Of a DNA stretch of 64,000 nucleotides, positions 25,694 to 38,338 are shown piece by piece. The translations under genes and the position numbers were made by a program. Every line of letters starts with the position of its first letter. Position 1 is the first letter of the stretch. The notes under the pieces were generated by a model. The model was not told the DNA's origin, ran no database searches, and saw only the letters and a list, made by a program, of their open reading frames with translations. Source of the DNA: Octopus bimaculoides (Eukaryota); assembly GCF_001194135.2 (NCBI RefSeq), contig NC_068987.1:99048543-99112542 (forward strand). Reading direction: 5' to 3'.

Positions 25694-26055
25694 NNNNNNN
25701 NNNNNNNNNNNNNNNNNNNNNNNNNNNNNNNNNNNNNNNNNNNNNNNNNNNAAGTCGTATATCAAAGGAAGAACGTTGAAGATGGCTGCATGATTGTCTC
25801 TACTCACACACTCATACACACAAATGCGTACACGTTTAGACTTACATCCACTATGCGAGGGCGTGTGTGGCTGCGTGAATATATGCGCGAGCAAGAGCAT
25901 GTGAACAGAGTATAGAGAATGAAGGTATGTGATTATATAAGCATGTATATCCAAATCTTAGCGTATAAGGACGCTAGCATACATACGTTTGTGTGTCTGT
26001 ATGTGTTTGTGCCTGTGTGTATTTATGATGTATATATGTATATGTATATATATAT
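25368..26055. repeat. About 310-bp identical duplication flanking a 57-N gap (probable assembly overlap)
   Basis: 25368-~25680 identical to 25751-~26055, differing only in (TA)n length. Confidence 0.85.
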
Positions 26056-26277
26056 ACACACATACATAAGTAGAATACATTTGTGTGTATGTTTATGTAT
26101 ATATATTCACACTCACAGACAGGAAGCACACTGAACGTAATGCTTTTACATGGTGAATGATTATGCTTGTGCGAGAATGTCTTAGTTGGTTTTGAAGTAT
26201 TTATGAATGGACGTATACATGGATATGCATAGGAATAATGTGCAGTAACATGGTTACACATTTTAATGCGTAAGCAC

Positions 26278-26334
<57 letters not shown>

Positions 26335-26347
26335 NNNNNNNNNNCAC

Positions 26348-26378
<31 letters not shown>

Positions 26379-27081
26379 CACACCCACGCATGTATCATTT
26401 TACTATAGTGATGGACAGATTTCGATGTATCCTACACTAACGTTCACTTGTTCATAAGACTGAGGACATATAATATATCGTGTGTGGATAGAGGTACATG
26501 TTTATATATATATATATGTATGTACAAATACACACACACACACCCGAACACGCACACATAAATACATGCATACACAAGCTGCAAATATTCATAACGACAC
26601 ATATATCTATAAGTAAAATTACAATGAACCAATGGAGCAGACGGTTATACGTCGTGTTCGGCGACGAGTATTTCAGCTGCTATTTTTGAATAAACTTTTT
26701 CCACATTTACTTTAGAAGCAGAGACTTGCTCCTCTGATGGAATTCCCAAGGGAAATCAGCATCGCTCTATGTTTCAACCTTTGCTCTTGGAGCACCACAT
26801 ACAGTGTATATGGAAATGGTCCGCAATTGGAGCTTCGCCAATTTCAGTCACAATTTTTTGGCCAGGCTGACACCGCGGACGGCAGTTATCTGAACGAAAT
26901 ATAACGTGGCGTGATCGAAAAAGACACCTGACATAAATGCGCATGCGTACGTGTGCACGAACACACATACACACACACTCACACTTATAAACTCACAAAC
27001 ACATGCACAGAAGCATGTCTCTGTCTTTGTGAATGTATGTATATACACAGAGATATTTATGGTATTTAGTATCTATCGATC

Positions 27082-27120
<39 letters not shown>
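27082..27120. repeat. (GATA)n microsatellite
   Basis: Directly visible. Confidence 0.95.
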
Positions 27121-28433
27121 TTATGTATATGCGTTTTATACTCATCTTACTATGAATAAGATTTTATGATGAATTGATGTTTGTGTGTTGGCATTTGCAA
27201 GTTGAAGTGCACCTATAAGTGTAAGAATGTGTCTTTGTACGTTGTGAGTATGCTTACATATGTGTACAGTATGTGTAATTCCTTTAAAAATATTAAAAAA
27301 AAGTAATAGTAACGATAATAATAAAAAGGCAACAATAAAAACTTTAAATTGGAGAAGTAACAGTGTTAAAGTAAAAATAGAAAGAATGTAAACAATTTTA
27401 GTGTTGCTAGTTCTGTTCGTTTTATAGTTAAGTAGGGGGGGAAAAAAAGAGAAAAATAGTGAAATGAGAAAGTGACAAAGGCGAACGACAGAGAAAATAT
27501 GAGCGGAAGGATAGAAAAAAAATAAATGAAAAGATGTGAGGAAGAAGAAAGGTAAGGGTGGGGGGTGGGGTAAAACTGCGTATACAATTCTGCAAAGATC
27601 TTGAGAAATGGAAGAGGGTGTGTAAGAGTAGCGAGGAATTGGTACGGGGGAGATGATGGTTTATTTAGTTTCTTAGAAAATGCACTTCAAAGCATATTTC
27701 CTTGCAAATTTATGCAGGCCATCTGATGATAAATATGAGGAAAGAAATATGAAAAAGAACAAACAAGAAAAAGAAAAGCGCCTTCATCTCTACGAACACG
27801 AATTTATTTGTTTCTACCATCATTGCCACACATGTTCTTACGACAGTAATATACATCACACATTCATGTCCACACATACACACGTTAATGGAAACAGACG
27901 CTCTCTCTCTCACACAAGCCTACATATANNNNNNNNNNNNNNNNNNNNNNNNNNNNNNNNNNNNNNNNNNNNNNNNNNNNNNNNNNNNNNNNNNNNNNNN
28001 NNNNNNNNNNNNNNNNNNNNNNNNNNNNNNNNNNNNNNNNNNNNNNNNNNNNNNNNNNNNNNNNNNNNNNNNNNNNNNNNNTATATATATATATATATGT
28101 ATATATATACATGCATACACATGCGTGCACACAGAAAACACTAACAAATGCGCATAAATATTACATAAAATCTTATAATACGACTTCTACTACTACCACA
28201 ACTACTATTACTTCCATTCCCCTCCACCACAATCTCCTCCTCCTCTACCTACTGACAATAATAATATATTTCCTTTTTAGTAGAACCCATACTACATATA
28301 TACATATATATATGTATGTTTGTACGTGTGTATGTATGTATGTATGTATGTATGTATGTATTTATGTATGTATGTATGTATGTATATATCAGTACATACT
28401 TGTATCTATTTACATACCAGTATATTTATATGT

Positions 28434-28466
<33 letters not shown>

Positions 28467-28469
28467 TAT

Positions 28470-28526
<57 letters not shown>

Positions 28527-28901
28527 GGAGGTAGAAAGAGAGAGCGTGAACGAGAAGAGAAAGATGTTGCTAGATTTAAATATATATAAGCTGCGTCACT
28601 TGGAAAGTGAGTGGGTCACGTACATATACATAACATTGGCGGGTGGGACTGAAGCATAATTCGACATATTTAGAGGTATATTAAAAGAAAAAAGAAAACA
28701 GGACAAGTGCAATTGAATGTAAAGTACATTTACAATGCAAACACATACACAGTCCTCCACACACACATACACAGAACACAATGCCACCCACACGTGCACG
28801 TATAAAGCATACTAGTAATGCAAATAAGAACAAGTCATCTGCTCTTAGAATTGGCCATCTGGAGTCAATAGTAAACAATGTATAATTACCATAGAATATA
28901 A

Positions 28902-29332
28902 AATACTTTTTATTGGAAGCATAAGGACTCGAATTTGGGGGAAGGGATTAAGTCGAGTACATCGACCCAGTGCGTAACTCGTACTTATTTAATCGACCCC
29001 GAAAGGATGAAAGGCAAAGTCGACATCGACTGAATTTGAGCTCAGAACGTAGCGACGGGTGAAATATCACTAAGCATTTCAACCAGCGCTCTAACGATTC
29101 TTATTTCTTTAATGTCCACAAGAGGCTACACACAGAGAGGACAAACAAGGACAGACTAACGGATTAAGTCGATTATATCGACCCCAGTGCCTAACTCGTA
29201 GTTATTTAATCGACCCCGAAAGGATGAAAGGCAAAGTTGACCTCGGCACAATTTGAACTCAGAACGTAAATACAGACGAAATACTGCTAAGCATTTCGCC
29301 CGGTATGCTAACGATTCTTCCAGCCCTCCGCC
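28902..29332 (-). mobile_element. Head-to-tail SINE-A dimer: full tail-2 copy (29101-29332) joined to head-truncated tail-1 copy (28902-29100)
   Basis: Junction ctaacgattc|ttatttcttt at 29100/29101. Confidence 0.9.
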
Positions 29333-29607
29333 TTGGCTGTAAGAATATAAAATATATTCCAAGCTACTTTTTTCCACGCTATGGCAAGAGGGATGAACGC
29401 TCGGTTGTTTTAAAGTATTCTGTTTCCTAAATCATCCGAAAATAATGTAGCAAAACTAAACAAAAGATTTCCCTTACAGTAAAATATATCCATTACACTC
29501 AGACAACAGAACAAGGTCACAAAAATTAAAAAAATTAAAATATCAGATAGGAACAATGTTGGAAATTTCGTGAAGTGATTTACCTGATTATATATCGTCC
29601 TATTTCT

Positions 29608-29975
29608 TTACTGGTACTTCATTATATTTATCCCCAAAAGATGAAGAAAGACTTGAAATGCTTGAGACTTGAACGCAGTATATACGAGGTAGGTCAAACC
29701 TGAAGAACATTTTGTTAAACACACTCTCGATGCTCCCGCCCACCACGCTGATAATATTATTACGTTTTCTACTACAAAGACTGAACTTTTGTTGAAAAGG
29801 GGTCTAGTCGATACCATCGACACCAGTGATCAGCTGGGTCTAATTTTTATTGACTACGAGAGAATGAATGTCAACGTCGACCTCAACAAAATTTTTACTC
29901 TAAAAATTAGCGGTGGACGAAATGGCGCTACCATTTTTGACCGGTGTACTAACAGTTGTGCCCGGTCGCCGCTTG
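29608..29975 (-). mobile_element. Two older SINE-A remnants (about 29608-29750 and 29790-29975)
   Basis: Decayed actggtactt..gatgaa..ttgaac and agtcgat..atcgacaccag..gtcgacctc..gacgaaat..cgccgc. Confidence 0.6.

Positions 29976-30068
<93 letters not shown>
29976..30068. repeat. (CTA)n(TAA)n microsatellite
   Basis: Directly visible. Confidence 0.97.
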
Positions 30069-30072
<4 letters not shown>

Positions 30073-30527
30073 AATGGAAGGATATTCTGGGACTAAGCAT
30101 TTCAGACGGATCATGTAATCGAACAATGTCGGCCGGATATTGTCATATTGAATAAGACAGACAAATGCTGTCATATCATTAATTTAGCCATACCAAATGA
30201 AATGAATGTTGTGAGTAAAGAGGTTGAAAAAATCACCAAGTTCTCCGAATTGAAAGTGGAAATGGCAAGAATGTATGGAATTCGAGAGGGTTGTGTAAAA
30301 GTGATACCAGTAATGATCGGAGCGTTGGACTCAATTCCATTGAAATTTCAAGACTTCGTAAGGCAACTGGGAATCTCATGAACTATTAATGTTTTGTAAA
30401 AAGCAGTCTTATTGGGCACAGCGCACATCTTAAGGAAAGTATTATCTGTCTGGGGTCTATGTTGTGACTTGACAGATTATTAAAAACTCCGGTGCATTTT
30501 TACCTACACTGTGTTACGAAAGATGAA
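30069..30527 (+). mobile_element. R4/Dong-clade LINE 3' fragment (restriction-like endonuclease domain)
   Basis: IFWDxAFQTDHVIEQCRPDIVILNKTDKCCHIINLAIPNEMNVVSKEVEKITKFSELKVE..VIPVMIGALDSIP..KAVLLGTAHILRKVL; begins immediately after (TAA)n. Confidence 0.9.
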
Positions 30528-30612
30528 TACTCTTTTACTCTTTTGCCGAACTGCTAAGTTACGGGGACGTAAACACACCAGCATCGGTTGTCAAGCGATG
30601 GTAGGGGAACAA

Positions 30613-30659
<47 letters not shown>

Positions 30660-30818
30660 CATATATACGCCGAGCTTCTTTCAGTTTCCGTCTACCAAAT
30701 CCACTCCCAAGGCTTTGGTCGGCCCGAGGTTATAGTAGAAGACACTTGCCCGCAGTGGGACTGAACCCAGAACCATGTGGTTGGTGAGCAAGCTACTCAC
30801 CACACAGCCACTCCTGCG
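30528..30818 (-). mobile_element. SINE family B inserted in the Dong 3' UTR region
   Basis: ttctttcagtttccgtctaccaaatccactc..gaagacacttgccc..accatgtggttgg..cacagccactcctgcg; internal (TA)n; (tactctt)n tail. Confidence 0.9.
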
Positions 30819-30830
30819 GCTATGGATCTT

Positions 30831-30833
<3 letters not shown>

Positions 30834-30866
<33 letters not shown>

Positions 30867-30897
30867 TCAACAACAACAACAACAATAATAATAATAA
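30834..30897. repeat. (TAA)n/(CAA)n microsatellite, probably the Dong 3' tail/target
   Basis: Directly visible. Confidence 0.9.
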
Positions 30898-31679
30898 CTG
30901 TATTTATACTTATGTAATATTTCCTCCATATTCTTCATTATGATCTAACTTCTCCTATGAGCATCTGATACGTAAGCTGTAGAATAAAAATATTTATCGT
31001 AAAACAGAAGTAATATTATGTTCTTTTTAAATTCATAATTCTTTCGTCGCATACTTCTTCTATAAGATCTTCCTTCTGCTCTCACTTTATATCTACCTGT
31101 ATTTAAATGTAAATATATGTTTCGGAAGTAATCTGCTGTGAAATGTAGGTCACAACAATTCTATTTATAAAATCTTATCCTTCTTCCCAAACGTCTTTTC
31201 AGTTTGTGATTCCATCCATATTTCTTAGTGGAGTATAAAATCTTCTCCCAATGACAGGCCTATACTTGTTCTCAATTCTCCAGAACATGACGTTGTTATG
31301 CTTACCCTAATCTTCCAGTATGTGTAGGTGTTATCCTTGTCCCTACCCACCGCCACTCCACGTGATGTCAATGTTCTAATATTCCCGTAAAAAATAAAGA
31401 AAAGAATAAAGAAAGGAAAATTTTGATAGCAAAAAAAAAAAAAAATCTCTAATGAAATACAAAGAAGAAAAAAAAACATATTTCATTAAATGATGTGCAG
31501 TCAAAAAATGGTGTGCTCCCCAGAGAGGATCCAGTGTTGGAGCTAAAATTATGACAGTGGAAAATTCTCTGGATGGTTAAAAGGATAACATAAACTGTAA
31601 CCCTGCAATTTTGAATCAGCACCACCTCTACCTCTTCCATCGCCATCACTACCATCAACAACAACACCAACCAAACTGT

Positions 31680-32200
31680 AACCTAGTACACTTCACAAAA
31701 AATGAATGCGACGAATAACATAAGGAGCACAATATTTGATGTATGCTTCCTACTACTCAATACAAATCACAAAGAAATCCTTTTGCATTTGGAGAAATTG
31801 AAATGAGAAATAGCTCTAAATTCCTAAAATTTAATAAACTCGCAAATCTAAGATATATAGTAACAAAGCGAAAACATACAAAATAGAACTAAGCGAAGCA
31901 ATGCAACTTGTTCAAGAAGACGTATAAATTTAGAGGATTAAACAAAAAACAAACAAGTGAAATTAGAGAACCTGAAGTGACTATTCAAAGCTCCATCGCA
32001 GTAACTAGAGGAAGAGTTTGAAAATGTGAGGAATTGTAGCCGAAATCAAAGCAAAAATGAAGTATGACAGAAAGGAATGTCAACCAACGATAAAATGGTA
32101 AATTTATGAAAAAACAAATGCTGAGTATAGAGAAAGAGACTACAATGGAAATTACCAAATTAGTACAAAGATGGTAACAACAATGTCACTAAGAAGATTA
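31680..32200 (+). mobile_element. Possible R4/Dong ORF N-terminal relic
   Basis: FTKNE.. and NKLANLRYIV resemble the Dong N-terminal WTxEE / LAxQRRYI region; heavily decayed. Confidence 0.35.
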
Positions 32201-32299
32201 GCAATAAAAAGCAAGCATAGCTGATGATGATGTGTAACGTTATATTCCAAACACCTTCTCAACACAATTTGGTCAACGCCTTGGTTACTGCTCCTCCGT

Positions 32300-33950
32300 C
32301 TAAATGTCTGTTTGGCAAATGAAGAAGCAACAGAACGGCACAGCTCAAGAGACGTCGAAGGAAAAAAAAAGGATGGAGAAATGTATTGATTCTATATGTA
32401 AGGAAATACTGATCTTGGAGAAAGTCGGTAAAAACACAACAGTCAAAGAAGAAAGGAACTTTGGTTACACTATTCTCGAACTAACTGATTGGGTTCGATT
32501 TATATAAATTTTTCTCTTGCTTGGAAAATTGGTTGCTATGTACCTACGTTATGTTATATGTATCATATCAATGATGTTAAATCATCCAGGCATTGTGTTT
32601 CCACAATCCATATGTGGAGAATACTATCAAAAACCTTTTGATATTCAAAGGATCATTCTTTCTCATGACATCCTTAGCTTTGGTTTTCCTGAATCAATAA
32701 TTAAACTCAGTTGCCATATGATCCTTTGTAGCAAATCTATTACATTATTGGAGTATTTTTTAAAGGTGTTTACTTGCTCTCTTTGGTTTTATTGCAGTTC
32801 ATCTTTTTGAAAGTCGTAAGAGAAGAACTTATGGTAGATTTTATATTTAATTTCTTTACTCTTCAGGAATACTATGCATTCAACTTACTTAGCCAGACTG
32901 ATGTGTTTCGTTTCATCAATATCTAACTATTTTTTTTTTTACATGCACCTTATCTTATTTGTTAAATATTTAACCCAAAAGATGAGAATGCTTTCATATC
33001 CTGGTACCTTTTCATTATTTGATTTAGCTGTATATGCACAGGATCTCTTCCTGGTGTTTCCTACGATTACTTAAATACTGAATTTGCAGTTATATGCAAT
33101 TATTGTGGAATTTTTTCACTGCAATATTGTTTTTCCTCCCTTTGACAATCTTGTATTGGTTTCTATTTTGTTTTTAACACGTTCTTGACAGAAGAGTTTT
33201 AGATTCGAGTTCTGATGTTTGCTGTGTTTAAATTACATTTGTTGTGGGATTTAGTCAGAAGCTTTTGTTCAAACTGTATTTAATTTCTACTAATTATTAT
33301 TTTCTTTATATTTCTCTTGTATTGACCATATCGTTTAGTTGTTAATTTTATTAATCGTGCAGATTTGTTGCTAAATTTATTAAGAATTCGAAGATCAATT
33401 CCTTAATTTTATATTTTTTGTATATTTTCTGCATGTTTTATTTGGAATGTTCTATTCTTATTTGCGGGGATCTGTAGAATCACAAATTTCTGTTGTAATT
33501 ACAGTTGATTTGGCATATAATATAGCATTGTGATTTGTGATAATGATGCTTCTGAATCTGGTGTAAGTCTGTGATCATCAAGTTTTTGTTGTAATTAAAA
33601 TTTTGTTAATGAGATATTTTGCTTCGGAATTATTTTCATGGATCCATACAAAGGTACCTATAATATTTCTGTGGTTTCCAGGTTTACATGTAGGTATCCA
33701 GGACTTCGAAATCTATAATATTGTAATATTCTCAAGCACCGTTTTTACTTACATGCATTTTTGCGTTTTTCTAACTCATTTTCTTTTGTTAATCGTTTGT
33801 TGACAGTTGTGTTAAGTTTTGCATTTCTCATACTTCTTATTTAATTTTTTTGAATGCGTCTGAACTATCATCATTTTTTACGTCCTGAATGTGTTTATTG
33901 TTGGTCTAATTTAAATCTTTGTTACTTGCGTTTTAGTAATTTGGTATTTC
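32300..33950 (-). mobile_element. R4/Dong-clade LINE relic (N-terminal region to RT motifs)
   Basis: ITNHNAILYAKSTVIT; KVPGYESILIFWVKYL (~32998-32950); LIIDS; EYQKVFDSILHIWI (~32645-32605). Confidence 0.75.
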
Positions 33951-34049
33951 ATCAAATGATCTACTTCAGGTGCTGATGTACTTTACGTGCTGACAATGGA
34001 TTTACCTGAGCTCAATAGTCTTTTGTTATCCAACGATACCTTTAATCCC

Positions 34050-34320
34050 TAGTTATTTTCTGTCCAAATTTTTAAAAAGTGCTACGATATGTCTGGAAAA
34101 AAGAACGCATGCTTTACATTAAAATTCCGGAGAAAACTAATGAACTAGCAATGAGTCTCAACTATGCACAATAATGAAAAATTATCAACAAATGTTTCTG
34201 GAAATTAATCTAAAGTGTGTGAGAATATGCCATACCCTCTACCATCGTATCATTCTGAAGAAGAAGCTGAGAAAACATTCAACGTTACTTCACTAATAGA
34301 CTTAAAAATACTAATGTTCC
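34050..34320 (+). mobile_element. Possible RTE-type apurinic endonuclease fragment
   Basis: EYA../PSYHSEEEAEK resembles YAPTSxHSEEExExF; short and frameshifted. Confidence 0.3.
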
Positions 34321-34349
34321 CAACTGAATAATCTGAAATATTACTACGA

Positions 34350-34660
34350 CACTCCATGTATTACGACGACGAGTGTTCCAGTTGATCCAATCAACGGAAA
34401 AGCCTGCTCGTAAAATTAACGTGGAAGTGGTTGAGCATTCCACAGACACATGTACCTTTGACGTAGTTCTCGGAGAGATTCAGCGTGACAAGATTGGCCC
34501 TTTGAAATACAGGCACAACAAAAACAGGAGAAAGAGTGAGAGAAAGTTGTGGTGAAAGAGTACAGCAGGGTTCACCTTCACCGCTTGCTAGAGCCTCGTG
34601 GAATGATCCTACGGCTGCGAGTCCGCTGCCCTAACCACTAGATCGATGCGCCTCCACAGT
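34350..34660 (-). mobile_element. SINE family C
   Basis: Reverse-complement match to 51553-51900 (tacgacgacgag..ccagttgatcc..gaaatacaggcacaac..aaagttgtggtgaaaga..gctgccctaacca..gcgcctccaca). Confidence 0.85.
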
Positions 34661-37600
34661 ATGAAATATAAATCATTGTTAATATAAAAGATAAAATTTG
34701 GGCATAATTGCATATTTAAAACAATGTGTTTGAAACATGTATGATAAATCTACACAGATATAAGTATGTGTCTGTGTGCTTATGTGTATGAGTTTATAGT
34801 GTGTATTGGTGAAAAACAGATGCAGTGAACGATATTCAAAGAGACATGAAAAATGTATTTTTAATTGGCAGAACAAGAATGTGCTTGTTTGAGAAAATTA
34901 CTGTGTACTACGCTTCCTAAAACTATAGACATACTAATCCAGAACAGAGTTATAGATGACGTTCTATTAACAACATAATTTAGTGTATAATCAGACCTAG
35001 CGTCTACCGCCCTTACATAATATTATCCTATTTTAAAATTATTATTGTGAAACATAATACGAAGGATCTTTCATTTAAAATCTTTTTTTTGTTCACTATT
35101 TCGTTTTTAGAATGCAGTGAATTAGTAAAATTATTAGAATTGTTGGAATCAGATTTTTCTGCTTAGTTAAATACTTTCTGAGATTGAAGCTCAATAATTG
35201 CGAATTTTTTAATCAATTATATAAAAATAAGAAATAAACATATACTAACTCCATTTGTATTGAATGCGACATCTTTAAAATTTGTATGGTCTGCAGCTTA
35301 TATCCGAAAATATTTGATTTATAACCTTCCTAAACAATATGATTGCATGCAAAGTTGAGTAGATTTTGTTTTCGTCCAAAATCCAAAGATTTACAAAATT
35401 CAGATTTTCATATTTTTCATTTAAAAAAATAAACAGTTTTTTGCATAACCGATGGTGTAATTAAAGTTTGTGATTCAGTTATTCTTTACAATAATGAAGC
35501 ACATTTTTTTATATACATTTTTCATTTCATTTTATCTCAGTACATGGTTACCCGTAATATATATTTTCCAAGTGCTGATACCACATCCGATTTTTCTTTC
35601 TTTTTAATAATATCTTTATGAACATGAATATTGTTTCGATTTTTAAAAATAAAGTTAAAAGTTTCGAAGGTTTATTCGACGCCCCTGGCATTCACAGACC
35701 CTAGAAAACTAATAAAAATTAAAACGATGACATTCAGTGAGAAGATGTATAAAGCTACAACTCCAGGAAAGCCTGGATGTGAAAGGAATTCTAAACGGAT
35801 GACGTTCTGACATAAGAACGGGACAAATCAAATAGGCCTTTTTTGTGAATCATTTCTGCTGTTTGTCTAACCAAAGTTCTACTTCAAAAGCGATCATAGC
35901 ATCGTACTATGTGTCAAACTTCACATGTCTGAAGATAAAGTACTTTGTGACTGTAGAGGATTTTGGTAAAATGATTTACGCATTAAGAATACGAAATCGC
36001 TTTGACAATTCTCTGAAATTATTAAGTTATATCTTTGTAGCAAGTAATTTGTCGAAGACGAAGAAAGAAAGAAAATATATAAATAAATAAATAGCTGAAA
36101 TGAAATAATGTATTCTTTGAGTGCTCAGTTATAGCTAATTGACTGTGATTGACATTAAAGGAAATGGATTTGCTGTGTTCCAATTCGAGTATACTCTTCG
36201 AGTATGCTCTTAGTGTAACTTATATAATGTATCTACGCTACATATAGATATCAAATGTGTAGGTTTGATGTATATCTGCATAAATTTCAACATTGTTAGT
36301 GGTGCCAACAAATAAGTTATGGATACACAGAAGCACGATTAAAAGTAAGTATGACTCAAGAAAGTCAATTTTCGTTTAAGAAATTACAGTTTTCTATTTT
36401 TTCCGTTGGTATAATTACCAAATTAATCAACGCTGATGCTTTCTGTAGGTGTTCATGTCTTCGTGTATTGCGACTCTGAAGCATAACTCTCATACATCAC
36501 ATAGAACTGCAACAATGTTCATATATGCGAGTACTGATACTTTCCCTTACTTAGCGGGAATGGTGTTACTTTTCTGAGTGAGGGTAGCATACTATTTATA
36601 GTGCTTTATCGTTTATAAATTTAATTGATCAAAGTAATATTTGTAATTTTTTCCTGTCGGTGTATCAAGTAATTTTAAGAATATTGATTCTTTACAATAT
36701 TCGTAAAGTTATTAGCTGTACTGACGAGAACATTAAAAATAGGTTGCGCATTGATTAGATTACTCGATTAACCCTCGGGAAAGCACAAATATGCATAAAA
36801 TTAAAATAAATGCCAACGAGAAAACTGTAAACAAAATTGATCAACGAAAATTAAATAGAATGCCCAGTTTGTTAACCCTCACACTAGAAAGTCTCAATAA
36901 GGATGTTTATAAATAATTTGCTGGGCAGAAATTAAATTGGACTTAAACCCAGGTAGGAAAATATTATTTGTTAAATTATTACATTTACTAAAACATTTTT
37001 CAACAAAATTTAAGTATTGTTTTTGTTTCGCCAGGTTTACAAAACAAACTATTTCTACGACCCCTAGCAAATGAACATTAGGAAGACATAATCAAAATGT
37101 AATCACACACCATTTATAAAATATAGGTCTTCGAGGACGCAATCGAAGTTGGAAGTGTGAGTTGATTATCAGTTTCTCAGTTAAAGAAGAAAAGTTTAGT
37201 GAAGATACTAGTTTAGCAAAATATACACGTGGCACTCACTTTCTAGTAATTTGCTGACATCAAATACAATGACACTGTTTTCAAAATGTCCGTGAAATCA
37301 TGTATATATGTATGTCAAAGAAGTACATGTCTTCAGGAGTAAACCAGATATTTTTCTCATAGAAAGGATTCCCTCTATAGCAAGAAACATGAAGAATATT
37401 ATAAGAATAGGGATTACGTCAGAATTGCCAATTTTTCATGCTATTAAACCAACAGTGTTAGGAAAAGGAACGTTTTTTCTTCCAAGTGATTTAAGTGGAT
37501 TTTGACCTTAGCCTGATATTGTACGAAATAGAGGTGCTCGTGGAATGTAGAGAGACAATTTCGGCGGATTTTGTGAGTGGAGTTTCCACTTGATGCAAAT

Positions 37601-38064
37601 TTCCTGAAAACATAGATGAGTAACCAGCGCATATAATTTGGACAGATCACATCATTATTGAGAGAATGAATAGGAATATTTTGTAAAATATAAATCCTGG
37701 AGATCCTGCATTTTGAGATCAAGGATATCTTAACCTTTTGCACAACCGGTTGGTGCAAACCGACTACTTTGATAGAGATTGGTGTATCCTTCCAGACCTT
37801 ATATACTCTATATAGTCTATATTATGTAGCCTAATAGAATCTGAACTACATATGGTAGAAGAAATGCGATATAGGACTAGATATATAAATGATATGATTT
37901 ATCGAATTTATTATGCAATAGTCCGGCCGGAGTATCAGTATAACATCATTTTCATATTTACGATTTAGTTTAATGGTAATGATCTCAAATATTTTTTTGC
38001 TCCGAAATTTTTGTCGGAAATAGAACCAGCGAAGTTTGTTTATTTAATGGGTAATCAAGTATAC

Positions 38065-38133
<69 letters not shown>
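38065..38133. repeat. (CTAT)n microsatellite
   Basis: Directly visible. Confidence 0.95.
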
Positions 38134-38296
38134 CATGCATATGTGTATGTATGTATATATACATACATATATATATANNNNNNNNNNNNNNNNNNNNNNN
38201 NNNNNNNNNNNNNNNNNNNNNNNNNNNNNNNNNNNNNNNNNNNNNNNNNNNNNNNNNNNNNNNNNNNNNNNNNNNNNNNNNNNNNNNNNNNNNNNN

Positions 38297-38338
<42 letters not shown>

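Noticed and set aside
25368-26055. Apparent 310-bp tandem duplication
   Set aside because: Identical copies either side of a short gap at a (TA)n; typical unmerged contig overlap or allele pair
26715-26905. 62-codon open frame after a ttag acceptor-like site
   Set aside because: Ends in a stop with no donor, peptide unrecognised
37260-37800. ORFs 37308-37505 and 37444-37758
   Set aside because: No recognisable motif in any frame; length within chance expectation
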